A DNA stretch of 64,000 bases from Blepharisma stoltei ATCC 30299. Its lineage: Eukaryota; Protista; Ciliophora. Position 1 is the first letter of the stretch; each line of letters opens with the position of its first letter. This document shows, piece by piece, positions 1-12,141 of this stretch. The position numbers and the translations under genes were made by a program. The DNA lies in assembly GCA_965603825.1 (NCBI GenBank), contig CBFDEM010000012.1, positions 496,001-560,000 of the forward strand, given 5' to 3'. Below the pieces are notes generated by a model. That model was given only the letters and a program-made list of their open reading frames with translations, was not told where the DNA came from and did no database searches.

Positions 1-348
1 AGGCTGCATAAGGTTGTTGGAAATCAATCATGGGCAAGAGACTTGATGTTTTCTGGAAGAGATGTCAAAGCTGCTGAAGCGACAAGTCATGGGCTGTTTT
101 CTAAATGCTTTGAAAGCAAAGAAAAAGTTTTAGAAGAAGCCTTGAAATTAGCTAACGAAATTGCATCGAAAAGCCCTGTTGCAATTGTAGGAATAAAGAA
201 GAACTTAATTTACTCAAGAGATCATTCGGTAGAAGAAGGATTGGAGTTTATATTAAACTGAAACTCATTTGCTCTTCAGACCGAAGACACAGTTCAAGCG
301 ATATTTTCAGCAATGCAGAACACAAAAGCAGTCTTTCCAAAATTATAA
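1..348 (+). CDS. ECH1: Delta(3,5)-Delta(2,4)-dienoyl-CoA isomerase / enoyl-CoA hydratase family, 3' part (5' end outside window)
   Basis: RLHKVVGNQSWARDL...IASKSPVAIVGIKKNLIYSRDHSVEEGL; TGA 259-261 gives the family WN..LQT.D motif; ends PKL-TAA (PTS1-like). Confidence 0.8.
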
Positions 349-384
349 AGATAAAGCAATTAGTTACTTATAGAATTACACTTA

Positions 385-1659
385 CTATTCACTTAAATTT
401 TCTATTGCATAGTTCGCTATTTTTTCAAACAGCACTTCCATTTTGCACATCTGAGATTCAAGTTTATTTACATTAGCTTTTAAATCTAAAATGCTGATGT
501 CTCTCTCTGTGTTCATTTCAGATAATTTTAATTTCCTTTCTTTAAACTCTAAAATTCTATTTCTGAGAACCTCAAATTTCTGCAGACTTTCATCATTGTA
601 TCTTCCCTTTTCATTTATTGTTAAGAAATAAGAGAAGGCAGCTTGTACGCACAATGCAGCTGATTTAGTTTTATATATGCTGCGAAATGCTGATGTCTGC
701 TTTGTAGTGAACTCTGTCTGCTTTTGTAGGAAAAGGATTATAAATGCTGTAAGTATTGTCCCTAAAAAATATCCCAAAACTGCAAAAAGTCTCCCAATAT
801 ATGTAAAGGGGGGGTAAATTCCTTGCCCCATTCCACTCATTGTATGATACATGATTCACATTGCACTCAAGGGGTTTTGAAACTTATCAATTTGAAATGG
901 AGCTATGTCAGCTACTGGTCTTTCATAGATTCTTGTTATAACTCCTAGGAAAATTATAGAAGGCCAAAACAATAAGAAAAGGATGACAATTATCGAATGC
1001 TGGTTCACCAGGCATCTAAAAGAAAATCTCACATTAGCTTTTGTGTTGTTTTGGGTGCAAAAGTTCCTTGCTAGATGGTTTTCATAAGGGGTATAATTTA
1101 TTATAGCTCTATACAGCAAGTAAAGCCTTGTGAACATAATGCTATACATAATTTCGTTGAGAGTATAGCATATATAAATTGTTTCATAATTATTCCTGAA
1201 AGGAATGTAAACATTGACATTCATATAAGGATAAGGAATCATAAAAAGTAATAAAATCTCAAAGAGCCTTATCATGTTCCAAGTTTTCCTCTTTTCTGCT
1301 TTTCTTTGAAGAACACTCTCATAAGGGTTATATCTCGATTTCTGATTATTAAGGTAAGCTATCCAGTGGGATTTTTCTCTATCTCTAATAAATAAAAAAT
1401 TAATTGACAGTAGTGTTGATATAACCAGAGCCAGTTTGTAAGTCTCTATTTCCTTCTCATCAATTGCACAGTTACTGTGGTTTCTTTCACTAGAATATGT
1501 GAATTCATAGTCAATTGAAGCTAAAGCTAATCCTATAGCTGCAAAAAGTGCTGAAACCAGCTCACAAAGCCTTCATTTGTTAAAGAGATGGCTCGATAGA
1601 TCTTCTTTGTCATCGAAATTTTTAGAATTTCCTGTTAAATCTATGAGGCTCACACTCAT
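385..1659 (-). CDS. SK-like (small-conductance Ca-activated K+ channel family) 6TM channel
   Basis: One frame from ATG 1659 with TGA=Trp at 1573-1575 and 856-858; S4-like FTRLYLLYR, pore helix and loop AMWIMYHTMSGMGQGIYPPFTYIGR, S6, then coiled coil; TAG at 385. Confidence 0.75.
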
Positions 1660-1711
1660 AAAATATTTATTTACGCTGATTTATAGATTTGTCATAATAA
1701 TATTAATCATC

Positions 1712-3475
1712 ATGGCAACTTATCAAGACATATACAGCTATATTCACGATTCTCTTGCTCCAGACCTCAACAAATACCAATCAGGCAATCTCGGTGAGCT
1801 AGTCAAAGGCAATTTTACTCTTCCCAAAGAGAAAATAAAATCAATGCCTCTGAGTTCAGTTCTTTCTGAAGCATCTCCAGATAACCGTGAAAAGGCTGAG
1901 CTTCTCTATTACTCTTCAGCTTTTGTTGCATCTAATGAAGCCAGTCCTTTTTCCCTTGATGATGCTTCAAACTGCATTTCTTGCCTCAATTTCATTAAGC
2001 AGCATACCAACGAGCTTGATCTTGAGCACTCGATCGACAATTTAATCTTCTCCATCACTGATAGCGTCAGTGAAGCTCAAACAATTGAAGTTCTCATCAG
2101 CTGAATTTTGAGGCTGAGAGAAATTGTTTCACAAGTGGCACCCCATAATATTGAGCCTGATGAGCAATGGATAAAAATCAGAATTTCAGCACTGCTGTGG
2201 GATTTATTAAAAGATAGAAGTAAGGACACTATTTTAAAAGGATTAAGATATCTAGCAAAACTGAAGAAAAACAACATAAATTTGGAAAACTTGGAAAGCT
2301 TTTTTGTAGATGCAGCTTGCGACTGAATAGAAGACGCTAATGATTTTAATGGTATAAAGCAATACATGGGAGAAGAAGTGAAATTTGATATTGATGGAGC
2401 GAGGATTATGCTTGGAATTATCAAAGAAATTGATATGCAAGAAGAAGAGTACAAAGCAAGAGTGGATACTCTTCTTGAAAAATACAACTTTATCCCTGCA
2501 GAAATTGATGAAAATCTCCAAGGATTTGCAAGAGCTCAAGCGTTTTCGTCACTTCCGAGCAATATTCTGATTGAGCAGGTTACATCTAGAGAAAATATAG
2601 AAATAATTGGAGAAGCAATATATGTGTTTAGCCGTGGGCAAATGACAACTTCAATATATGAAGGAGTGTTAAAACTTCCTGGAAACAACTCAGTCAGAAT
2701 TGCAATAAAATCAGTTTCACACCCTAATAAAGAAGAGCTTAAAACTAGCGAAGATGAAGCTCAATTCTTGAAATCTTTATCAGGCAAGCATTCATCTTTT
2801 CCTCTATTCTATGGTGATTTTTATGATATGGTTGAACAAAAGCATAGATACAACTTAGTCATGGAGCTTTGCCGCAGAGAAACTCTTTTTGACGACATCA
2901 TTGAAAGAAAAAAGACCCCAAGGTTTTATACTGACGAAGAATATTTAAGAATTATGAACACTTTGATAGACTGTGTTGTTTTTCTGCACTCCAAAAAGAT
3001 TTATCATAGAGATATTAAGCCTCAAAATATTTTATTCACAATGAACTGGGATGTAAAAGTTGTCGATTTCAATGTGGCGAAGTTTTTAGACATGCCAACT
3101 GTCGGGGTTACTTCAACAGAAGAATCTATTGCAGGAACTGTTAATTATATGTCTCCCGAAATACGCGAAGCTTATAATAATAGAGCGCAGAAAGGTGGGA
3201 ACAAAGTAAAAACCAAATTATCAAAGTCTGATGTGTATTCTTTAGGCCTAATACTTTTAGAAATGCGGACTCTTGGAGACATTACTGATGTAAATTTAAA
3301 AAATGACCAAGCAAGAGCTAAACTCGCAGGTCTGTTGAACTCGCTTACGCCAGCTGGTGGAGTAAATTTAAAAGTATTACTGGAAAATATGTTGAAAGAA
3401 GATTATAATGAAAGAATCAACTCAAAGTCACTGCTTGGGCATATTATTGCTGGAGTGACTGAAGCTATTAATTAA
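1712..3475 (+). CDS. Ser/Thr protein kinase with helical N-terminal extension
   Basis: Three same-frame ORFs joined by TGA at 2102 and 2324; IAIK, HRDIKPQN, DFN, YMSPE, SDVYSLG motifs. Confidence 0.85.
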
Positions 3476-3507
3476 GATATTTAGATATTTCAAATAATTT
3501 TATAAAA

Positions 3508-6477
3508 ATGGAACTTCTTATATGCGGAAGATTTGGAAACTTAAATTTGACACCTAAATCTACGAAGTTGAGGATCAGTCCAGTCTGTTTGGAAGCGAAT
3601 AATGAAACTCTATTTATTTTGGACTCTGAAGGAAACGTTCACTATTCTGAACTCAAAGGAACTTATATCGATTTGATTCAAATCCCATTGAGGTTAAAAT
3701 CAATTTCTATAAGTTGTGGAAAGGAGCATTGTGCGCTGATTACAGATACAAGGGAACTCTATACATGAGGAAACGGCGATTCTGGAGCTTTAGGCTTAGG
3801 AAACACCCAAAGCGCCCATGAACCACAAAAAATCACTTTTTCTCGTGATTATCAAATTGAAAAAATCAGTTGTGGAGGGTGACATACGCTTGGCTTATTC
3901 AGGAAACACTCATCAGCTACTTGCCTATTGGTGTTTGGAAGAGGGAATGAAGGACAGCTAGGCACTGGACGATCCTCAAGAGAGCTAACTCCTGTAAAGG
4001 TAGAACTTATGGAGAGTGTCTGCGATATAAGCTCAGGAATCAGCCATTCTGCTGCTATAGGGAATTCAGGAAGCTTATATACAGCTGGATTTAACCGATT
4101 TGGGCAGCTTGGATTAGGCCATAAGAAAAATTCTTATAAATTTGAAAGAGTTAGACTGGAAAATGTCGAGCAAGTGTCATGCGGCCATCATACTGCCGCA
4201 ATAAGCCAAGGAAAACTATATATATGGGGAACAGGGGTATTTGGAGAATTTTTAGAGCCAAATTTGGTGAGCAGCGTAAATGAAAGCATTGTAAAAGTTA
4301 CTGTTGGAGAATGTTCTGGTGCTGCTGTAGATGTGAGTAAGAAATTATGGACTTGGGGAAGTAACACACATGGAGAACTAGGAACTGGAGATTTAAATCC
4401 CCAACCTGAGCCCACAAAGGTGCTTACAAGCTATCAAATCCTCTATTCTGTAATGACTCCATCGTTTTCAGCAGTAATTTCTAAAAAAGTCAATTTATCA
4501 TCAAGTTTCGCTTTCAACTCTACAAAACTAACAGCATCAAGTCCAAACAATGTTGCTTCATTATCCTCTTATTTTAAAAGTCCATCTCCTACCAGAGATG
4601 AAAGAGACTCTCTAATGACAACAGAAAAAATAAACATAAGACTTCCGCCACCTGATAAAGACGCAATCAAAATTATTGTAAATGACCCAGAAGAGGAGCA
4701 GAACAGTTCAAGGTCTTATAGGAGCAGTTCAAAAGGAAATCAAAAAAGGACTTATACAGATGAGGCGAGTAGTGCTCGATACTATGAAAATCTTTCTGCA
4801 AGAGGAAGTCAAAAGAGAATTGACACAGAAGAGGTAAAAAATAGTGCTCGATACTATGAAAACCCTTCTGGACTAGGAAATCAAAAAGCTAATGAAGTCT
4901 CTAGCAGAAGAAAAGAAGGATTATCAACAGAAGAATATGATCAAAAATTAGCAGCAAGAGGAAATGTTAGCAGGCGTGAAGAAGAGATAATAGAAAATCG
5001 TAGAGAAGAAGAATATGGCAGAGAGTATGAAGACGAAGGAATAGAGGGCAAAATAAACTCAGCGCGATCTCAAAAAGCAGAAAACTATGAAACTCAAAAA
5101 GCGTCGAAATATGAAGAGGGAGCAGAATCTGATAAGAAAAAAAGAGCCAATCAGGAGGAAAGAGATGTTAAGTACGAAATGAAAAAGATTGTAGAGGAAA
5201 ATCATATTTTACGACAAGACTTTGATGCCCTGAAGCAAGAAAATGAGAATCTGAGGTTTAGGCTGCTAGATACTCAAAGCCGGGTTCAATATGTAATTCA
5301 TCCTGATGCAATCGAGGAATTAAAAAACGAAAATAAAGCGCTGAAAGAAACAGTCAACTCTTTTAATGAAGAACAAGCTAAATATTTCGATATAATTGGA
5401 GCTGAACGGCAGGAAAAAGAATCACTTGAAGAAATTCTGGCTAGTGTTAAGGAAGAGCTTGAGACCATAAAAGATGAAAATGTTTCGCTGAATGAAGAAA
5501 ATTATTATTTGAATCAAAAATTAGAACAGCTTGTTCAAGAATGCAACGAAAAATCGTCACTTGAAGAAATCCTTGCTCAGACAAAGCAAGAATTTGAGTC
5601 AAGCTCAGAGACGCTAAAAAATGAAAATGCAGCTTTAAGCAAAGAAAATTATGATTTAAATGAGAGCTTAAAGCAAATTACTATAGAAAAAGAATCGTTG
5701 GAAGATATGTTGGCTCACACCAAACAAGAGTATGAATCGAGTTTAGAAACTTTGAAAAAAGAAAATATATCGTTAAGTGAAGAAAATTATGATTTGCATC
5801 AGCGATTAGAGCAGCTGGCTCACGAAAATCACGACATATTAATAAAAGTTGCAGATCTTGAAGAGTTATTAAATAATACAAATCTGCAGTTATGTGATAG
5901 TCAATCACAAACTGCTGCATTAGAGCTTAAAAATGAAATTTTGCAAAAGCAATTCCAAGAAGCTGAACTGTCAAAGCATGGCCTCATGGAAACTTTGGAA
6001 AGAGATTTGGAAGCAAGGGCACGAGATTATAAAGAAAAAGCTATAAGCATTTTGTCAACTCCCCCGCCTGAGCTTGAAGAATCTCGAGAAGACACTCCAT
6101 TGCATATTGCAAGTCTCGGAAATCACTCAATTGAAGAACCATATGAGAAAGCTTATGATCAAAGTGATGAAGAAACTTTACCTCCCCGATCATTTAAAAC
6201 TAATCGCAGAGGACTATCAGCACAGCACCAATTGAGAATTTCTCGATCTGCAGCCAAAAAGATGAAAATCGACGATGATCCATTTCCGGAGCTGAGGTCT
6301 TCATCACCTCTGACTCCAAGAGAATCAATTGTATTTGAGCCTAAACATACATTCCCAAAAATGTCAAGTTCTGGTGGTGGATTAGAAGATATCAAAAATA
6401 AGGTGAAAGCTCTGAAAAAGGATAAAATGATGCTCCAAAATGAAATCCATAGATATGAAAAGAGGTTTCATGCATAG
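3508..6477 (+). CDS. RCC1-repeat protein with long C-terminal coiled coil
   Basis: TGA at 3766 (LYTWGNG) and 3880 (CGGWHT) complete RCC1 repeats; GQLG repeats; E/K-rich coiled coil. Confidence 0.85.
4735..4887 (+). repeat. Intragenic ~70-nt tandem duplication (SARYYEN twice)
   Basis: AGTGCTCGATACTATGAAAA is identical at 4771 and 4843. Confidence 0.7.
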
Positions 6478-6635
6478 CATATTAACATGATATTTAATTT
6501 TATTATTTATTTGCCTTGCTTATACTATTATGCATTCTGATTAATATATGAACTCGATCATTATATTTACTTAAATAGTATCACAAGCAAGGTTTATGAC
6601 CAATAATTTATATAATAAATATTAGATCCGTTATA

Positions 6636-7088
6636 ATGGGATGTAATTACTCAGAACAAACCAAAGAAGAGTTTAATAGTAAAGTTTATAAGCAAGCAGC
6701 AGCTATCCAAGAACTTTTGATAAAGAAGGAAGAGCTTTTGCAAATTATAAATAAGCTTCAAAAGCAAGAGTTTTTAGTCCCAAATATTAAAACTCAAAAA
6801 AGAGAATTTTATCCAAAGATTAGTATAATTGAGGAACAAATAAATAACCTTCAAAGTAAAATTAATGATTCAAGGCAACATACAAGTAGCCCAGAAATTA
6901 ATATTAAGAAAATTGATATTGAAATTCCAAAAGAAGAAGCAGAGAGGGATAAAGATCCAAAAGTATCTAAATCTCGGAAGCATAGGATTAGATCAAACAG
7001 TTCACATATTTTAGAAGATCCATCCATAAAATCGATCATTGAAAGTAAGAAAAAGATATTAGAAAGGAAAAAAACAGAAGAAGGCTAA
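6636..7088 (+). CDS. Hypothetical coiled-coil protein with MGC N-terminus (possible acylation)
   Basis: 150-aa ORF, AT-rich flanks, TAA stop. Confidence 0.65.
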   Translation: MGCNYSEQTKEEFNSKVYKQAAAIQELLIKKEELLQIINKLQKQEFLVPNIKTQKREFYPKISIIEEQINNLQSKINDSRQHTSSPEINIKKIDIEIPKEEAERDKDPKVSKSRKHRIRSNSSHILEDPSIKSIIESKKKILERKKTEEG

Positions 7089-7254
7089 GATTTGCAGCCA
7101 AATATTATAATTTCTGTATTTTTATTACTTTCTTTTTAATAATAAAACAATTATTTTACTCCTAAGAAAATATATTATTTCCAAAAACTATTTGATATGA
7201 TAATATATATTTAGCAAATTTATTGTTGCTCAATCCTACATCTCCAACTTCAAT

Positions 7255-8121
7255 TTAATTATGAAAATGCATTCTTGGAGAAACTAATTTAATAGGTCTT
7301 TTATACGTCAATGGCATTTGGCAAATATTTCCAAATGACATTTCTCTTGGATCGTCAGATGCATCCAAACTATCTACGTCAAGAATCAGTTTCTTAATTC
7401 TATCATATGCTTCCTTGTTTCCTTGCCCTTGATTTACTTTTATATTATTTAGAGTTAATTCATAGCTTGATATTTCCCCGCTTTGAGGCAATGCTGTGCT
7501 TTCGCTTCCACAGCTTTCAGACTCGCTAACTTGCACTTTTTTCTTTTGAGATCCAACTGAGTTAAAAGAGAAACAAGGAGTTCTAATTTCCCTTTTAAAA
7601 TCAAAAATCGCGACTGGTTTTATTTTTGCTCTCATTTTTGATGACTCTTTAATATTTGCAGGAACAGAAAGTTTAGGTTTTATAGGCTGTTTCGCTTCAA
7701 AAGGTAAACTTCGTTTTGAAGCGTTAAAAATCAAGTTTGGTTTTCTATTTTTTAGAGCTGATTCTGATTGACAGTGAGCCAAACTCTTAGTCGAATTGCA
7801 ATGGCTTCTTTGAGAGTCAGTAGCAAGGGCAAAAGGAATTTTGTCATCTAAAGGAAGAGACAAAGTCGGAATTTTTATGTCAGCTGTTGATGCTCGAGGA
7901 GTACTTCGTTTAGATGGACAAATAGGACGAAGAGTAGGGATATTTGACCCATTTAGCCTTATGTTTAGAAATGGATCTTGCACAGGCGAATTTTTGCTGT
8001 CTAAAAAACTATTTCTTGGTGAACTTAACTCAGATACGGAATGAACTCGTGCATTTGTTTGAGAATGCTCAAGATCCCTTGCCCTTATTTTTAATCTTGG
8101 TGGTACTAAGCTTCTCTTCAT
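7255..8121 (-). CDS. Hypothetical basic Ser/Pro-rich protein
   Basis: 288-aa ATG-TAA ORF, no recognised domain. Confidence 0.65.
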   Translation of the reverse strand: MKRSLVPPRLKIRARDLEHSQTNARVHSVSELSSPRNSFLDSKNSPVQDPFLNIRLNGSNIPTLRPICPSKRSTPRASTADIKIPTLSLPLDDKIPFALATDSQRSHCNSTKSLAHCQSESALKNRKPNLIFNASKRSLPFEAKQPIKPKLSVPANIKESSKMRAKIKPVAIFDFKREIRTPCFSFNSVGSQKKKVQVSESESCGSESTALPQSGEISSYELTLNNIKVNQGQGNKEAYDRIKKLILDVDSLDASDDPREMSFGNICQMPLTYKRPIKLVSPRMHFHN

Positions 8122-8361
8122 TGCACTTAAGTTTTAATTACAAATAATAATATATGAAGCGGTTTGAGAAGTTTTTATTTGCAAGTTTTGAGGAGAATGC
8201 ATATTTTCCAGTTACAGCAGTTAATAATAATTTTATCAATGCAAATGCAAATTATTGGCTGGGTCTCAGACATATTTAGATTATTTTTGTACAATAGAAA
8301 AATCTTTTTTGTATGGAAAGTTGTTTTGTCTAAGAAAATGGCGTTAAATTGTAGGGAGTTA

Positions 8362-9444
8362 TTAAGAGTTAGAACGATCGGGCTTCTCTTCTTGCGATTC
8401 ACCATGCTTTGAGCAGTATTTTGTGGAATAGCCTTTGGAGAGGAGATGATCACATACACGGCAATGTCTTAGTCTGGTTGGTGTGGTGTGGCGTGGAGAT
8501 TTAGATGTAGGAGATTTAGTCCTTGCAGCTAAAGCTAGTCTTGGAGATTTTGAGCGGCTACTTCTTATCCGTGAGGGTGACTCTGTAGCATAGTTTAGAT
8601 TCGGCTTAGGCTTTAAAGTTGAGATGCTAGTAGATCTGCTTTTGTCTTGAGATAAATGTTTGGATATTTGTCTTTTAGGTTTAGGAGAGTTGCTTAACTT
8701 ATTTCTTAGATAATTGTTTTCACGCCGAAGTGCTTCTATTTCTTTTAATAACTTGAGCTCTTTTTCACTCGTAACAACATAATTTTCCAACTTGCGAGAT
8801 GATTCATGCTTGCTTTCAATTGAGTTTTCCTTCGAATAGTAAGACTCAAATGAATCTTTTATCTCATTTCATTCATTTTCTCCTTGGATTTTCTCTTTAT
8901 TGGCATGCTTATTTTTATAACTAGAATATTGGTCAAGCGAATCCAAAGAATTGCTTATTTTCTCAACAGATGCTTTGATTTTATAAAATTCATTGTGTAG
9001 GGCTTCGCTTCCCATACTACTTCCATTGTTTTCATTTTCTGGCTCTAAATAATCAAATTCTTCACACATCTCTTCATGAAGATTATGAGGTTCAGGCTTG
9101 CAATAATACTCTCTCGTATTCCCAAAACTTGCAAAATGAGTTGGCACGGAAATTTTGTCTCTTGGATGATATTCTGTTTCATAGATTTTATATTGATAAC
9201 TGTCCTTTATTTTCCTGTCTTTATATTTTTCACTGGTTTGCTCTCTGAGTGAATTTTGGATAAGATAGTTTTCATCTGAAGCTGAGCTTTGATTAATTTC
9301 TAAAATTTTCGAGTGGCTACTTGGAGCATAAGAGTCTTGAAGTGGAATATCTTTGTCAATATCTTTTAGTGCAAGTTGGAGATACTTGATCTCAGCTTTA
9401 AGCCTTGAGTTTTCTGCCTTGACATTATTCGATTTGAGTGACAT
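8362..9444 (-). CDS. Hypothetical coiled-coil protein with C-terminal Cys/His motif
   Basis: ORFs 8869-9450 and 8362-8790 are in frame through TGA 8869-8871; HCRVCDHLLSKGYSTKYCSKH. Confidence 0.7.
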
Positions 9445-9934
9445 TTTCAAGATGTGTGCAAAACATAATAAAAATATTTAGGAACATGATCTTTTAAAAA
9501 TCGAAATATTAAATCCCTATCAAAGTTAGACCGGAAATTTTGGAGGATCTTCCTATAAATAGATATTATAATATTAATTTTACAATTTTAGTCTGAAATA
9601 GAAAACAATGAATTGTTAAATTAGTGATCAAATAGAGATCAATTTTATATTACAAAAATAAATATCGATTTATAATTAGCATTCCAAATCTCATGCTATT
9701 ATTTTAATATTGTATAATTACACTGCAAATTTCATTTTATTTTTATTTCAAAAAATTTTTAGTTAGTCTAACTATCCATTAATTTCACTACTCAAATAGC
9801 CAAAGAAAAATAAATTGCTAGTATAAGCAATTGCTCAAGAATCAAACCCAAAAATAAATTTAAAGTAGATAATTGTAAAAGCATTAATGGTTTGGTTAAA
9901 TTTTCTGGCAAGCTCTAATAAATAATTTATTAAA

Positions 9935-10309
9935 ATGTTCTTAGGAGCAAGAGCCATGCGCCTGCTTAAGGTCGCATTAAAAATAGCAATTTACCCTCCT
10001 ATGGCCCTTTTAGTCATATATACTCCTCAGATCATCTCCAATAATCCGAGATTTTTCGTTTGGTATGATCAATTGATGCTGAGACCTTACTTGAGGAAAG
10101 CTGAAGAAATGGAAGCTCTTAAAACAGAAGAATTAAGAAGTGAGCCTGATGATAGAATGATCGAATCATTTAACCAGTTCTTATCTAAATATGAAAGGCT
10201 AAAAGCTAGTATTTTTGGCACCAAAACATTCGATGAGACTTTCCCAAGCGACGAAGAAATAGAGAAACATGGAAAAAATGTTATTTTGCTTGATATTGAA
10301 AGTAACTAA
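9935..10309 (+). CDS. Hypothetical single-TM protein, possibly mitochondrial
   Basis: Basic amphipathic N-terminus followed by a hydrophobic segment. Confidence 0.6.
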   Translation: MFLGARAMRLLKVALKIAIYPPMALLVIYTPQIISNNPRFFVWYDQLMLRPYLRKAEEMEALKTEELRSEPDDRMIESFNQFLSKYERLKASIFGTKTFDETFPSDEEIEKHGKNVILLDIESN

Positions 10310-10478
10310 ATTTAGTTGCAATTCATAATTTGTCTTTTAAATTAAAATTTTATTCTCCTCATATAGTAGCAGAAAAAATACTTTCTATTATTATAATTGA
10401 CAATTAGGAATTAAAAGCAAGAACTATAGATGATCACGAGAATGAATAATTATTATATATTATTGAAAATAAGATTTT

Positions 10479-11759
10479 CTAGCGAATTGCAAAATTTGGC
10501 TTTGAAAATGCTGAAATTTTATGATCCACTTCCTGCCTGTAGTCCATACTCTCTTCGTCAACTGAAGATTCCTTGACATCTATGCTAGACATCATATCTA
10601 TCATCTGATTTATATGAGGCTTATCGCTACTTCTATCCTCTTGCTCCCAATTCTCTTTTTCGCTTTGTTCTTTTGTACTAATTTCTTCCTTCTTTTCATT
10701 GACATCGTTTGCATATCTTGGCGGATATTCTTCTATTGGTTCGTTTTGAACAGGTGACTGCATTTCTTGCGATAATCTTAAATCGCGAAATGATGATTTT
10801 TCTGAAATTCCTTTCAACCGATTACTCTTGAACGGCAAATCAACCTCATCAAAGCCACGATTTTGAAGTCCTAGTTTGTTCAATGACTTAGTATGGCTAA
10901 CTGCTCTTCTGAGTTCTCTTATTTTAAGCATACAGATTCGAGTTTCTTGGTCCTTTTCTTTTAATTTTACTTGTAGCAAGCTTAATGTATGTTTGCTGTC
11001 ATTTATGTGAGTTTCAAGATCTTTTATTTTCAATTTCAGCGCATTTACATCTTCTTTGGTTTTTTCTTCAATTTCTTTTATTTTTCTCTCAAGAGTGGGT
11101 ATGTCATACTTTAACGCTTCAGGGTCAATAGGGTCATCTTCCTCTGCATTTTTTTTCGCTATAATTTCTTTTAAAGCCTTGCATTTTTCTCTGACATCCA
11201 CGAATAGTTCATGCCTGGCCTTCAAATTTTTCTCATCAACTTGCTGCTTGTACGATTTTTCTCGATATTCATCTTTCAGCTTTTTCAGCTCTTGCCTTAA
11301 AAATTCGTTTTTTTCTGGGTAGCCTTGGGCTTTAGCAGCTGCATCTAAAGCTTTTTCTTGTTTTACGTTTATATTTTGCAATGCAATAAACTCAGCTTCT
11401 ACTTCTTCAATTTGCTTCTTTAAAAAAGCTCTTCTGTTTTCAAGATCTGTGATTTTTGGATTTTTCAAATTTCCAATCAGCTGCATTTTCATTTCATTGA
11501 TATCTTTTTTATAGTCATTAATTTTCCAATATACATTGTTTAATTCTTTTTCTAATTCTGTGTTATTCCCATTATGCTGAGGAATTTTAGTTTTCTCGCT
11601 ATCAATTTTTCTTTGTCTAGAAATTGCTTCTTCAAGTGAGCGTTTGAGGACTCTTAGTTCAGTTTTGAGTTTTGCGTTTTGATTTTTTAATTTATTGACT
11701 GCACTGCATTAAGATTACAGGGTGTTATCAACGAGAAAATTTTCTGGTTTCTTCTTCAT
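10479..11759 (-). CDS. Coiled-coil protein (possibly lebercilin-like), one intron
   Basis: Removing intron 11704-11718 extends the frame to ATG 11759 (MKKKPENFLVDNTLAVNKLK). Confidence 0.7.
11704..11718 (-). other. 15-nt spliceosomal intron GTAATCTTAATGCAG
   Basis: GT-AG, contains the in-frame TAA, A at position 10. Confidence 0.8.
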
Positions 11760-12141
11760 CAGTTTTATTATTTAGGTAATATTTGTGCTGAATAAAATTG
11801 AAATAAATGGAAATATAATTTTATTATTTGAGGAATTTTTAATACTTAAAGATATTAATAAAAAAAATGCAATCATACAGCAGAATAATAATCAAAAAGC
11901 CTTCTCCAATTAGCTTAGCTTTGATAAGCATTTGATATCTAAGATTAAGATGTTTTAGTCTTTATAATTAAGCTTAATACCTTTCATCTATATAGAGCAA
12001 AGCAAGTTATAATATCTTAAATAATTCATTAATTTAAAAATTTAAATAAAATTGTTTCAAGTGGAGCGATATAAGCCAACAAATACCCGAAAATTAGCAT
12101 AGAAGTTAAATTATTTATAATTTATAAGTAAAATATTATAG

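Noticed and set aside
1577-1711. N-terminal extension of the kinase ORF from TTG 1577
   Set aside because: Overlaps the opposite-strand channel gene and the AT-rich spacer; ATG 1712 is the plausible start
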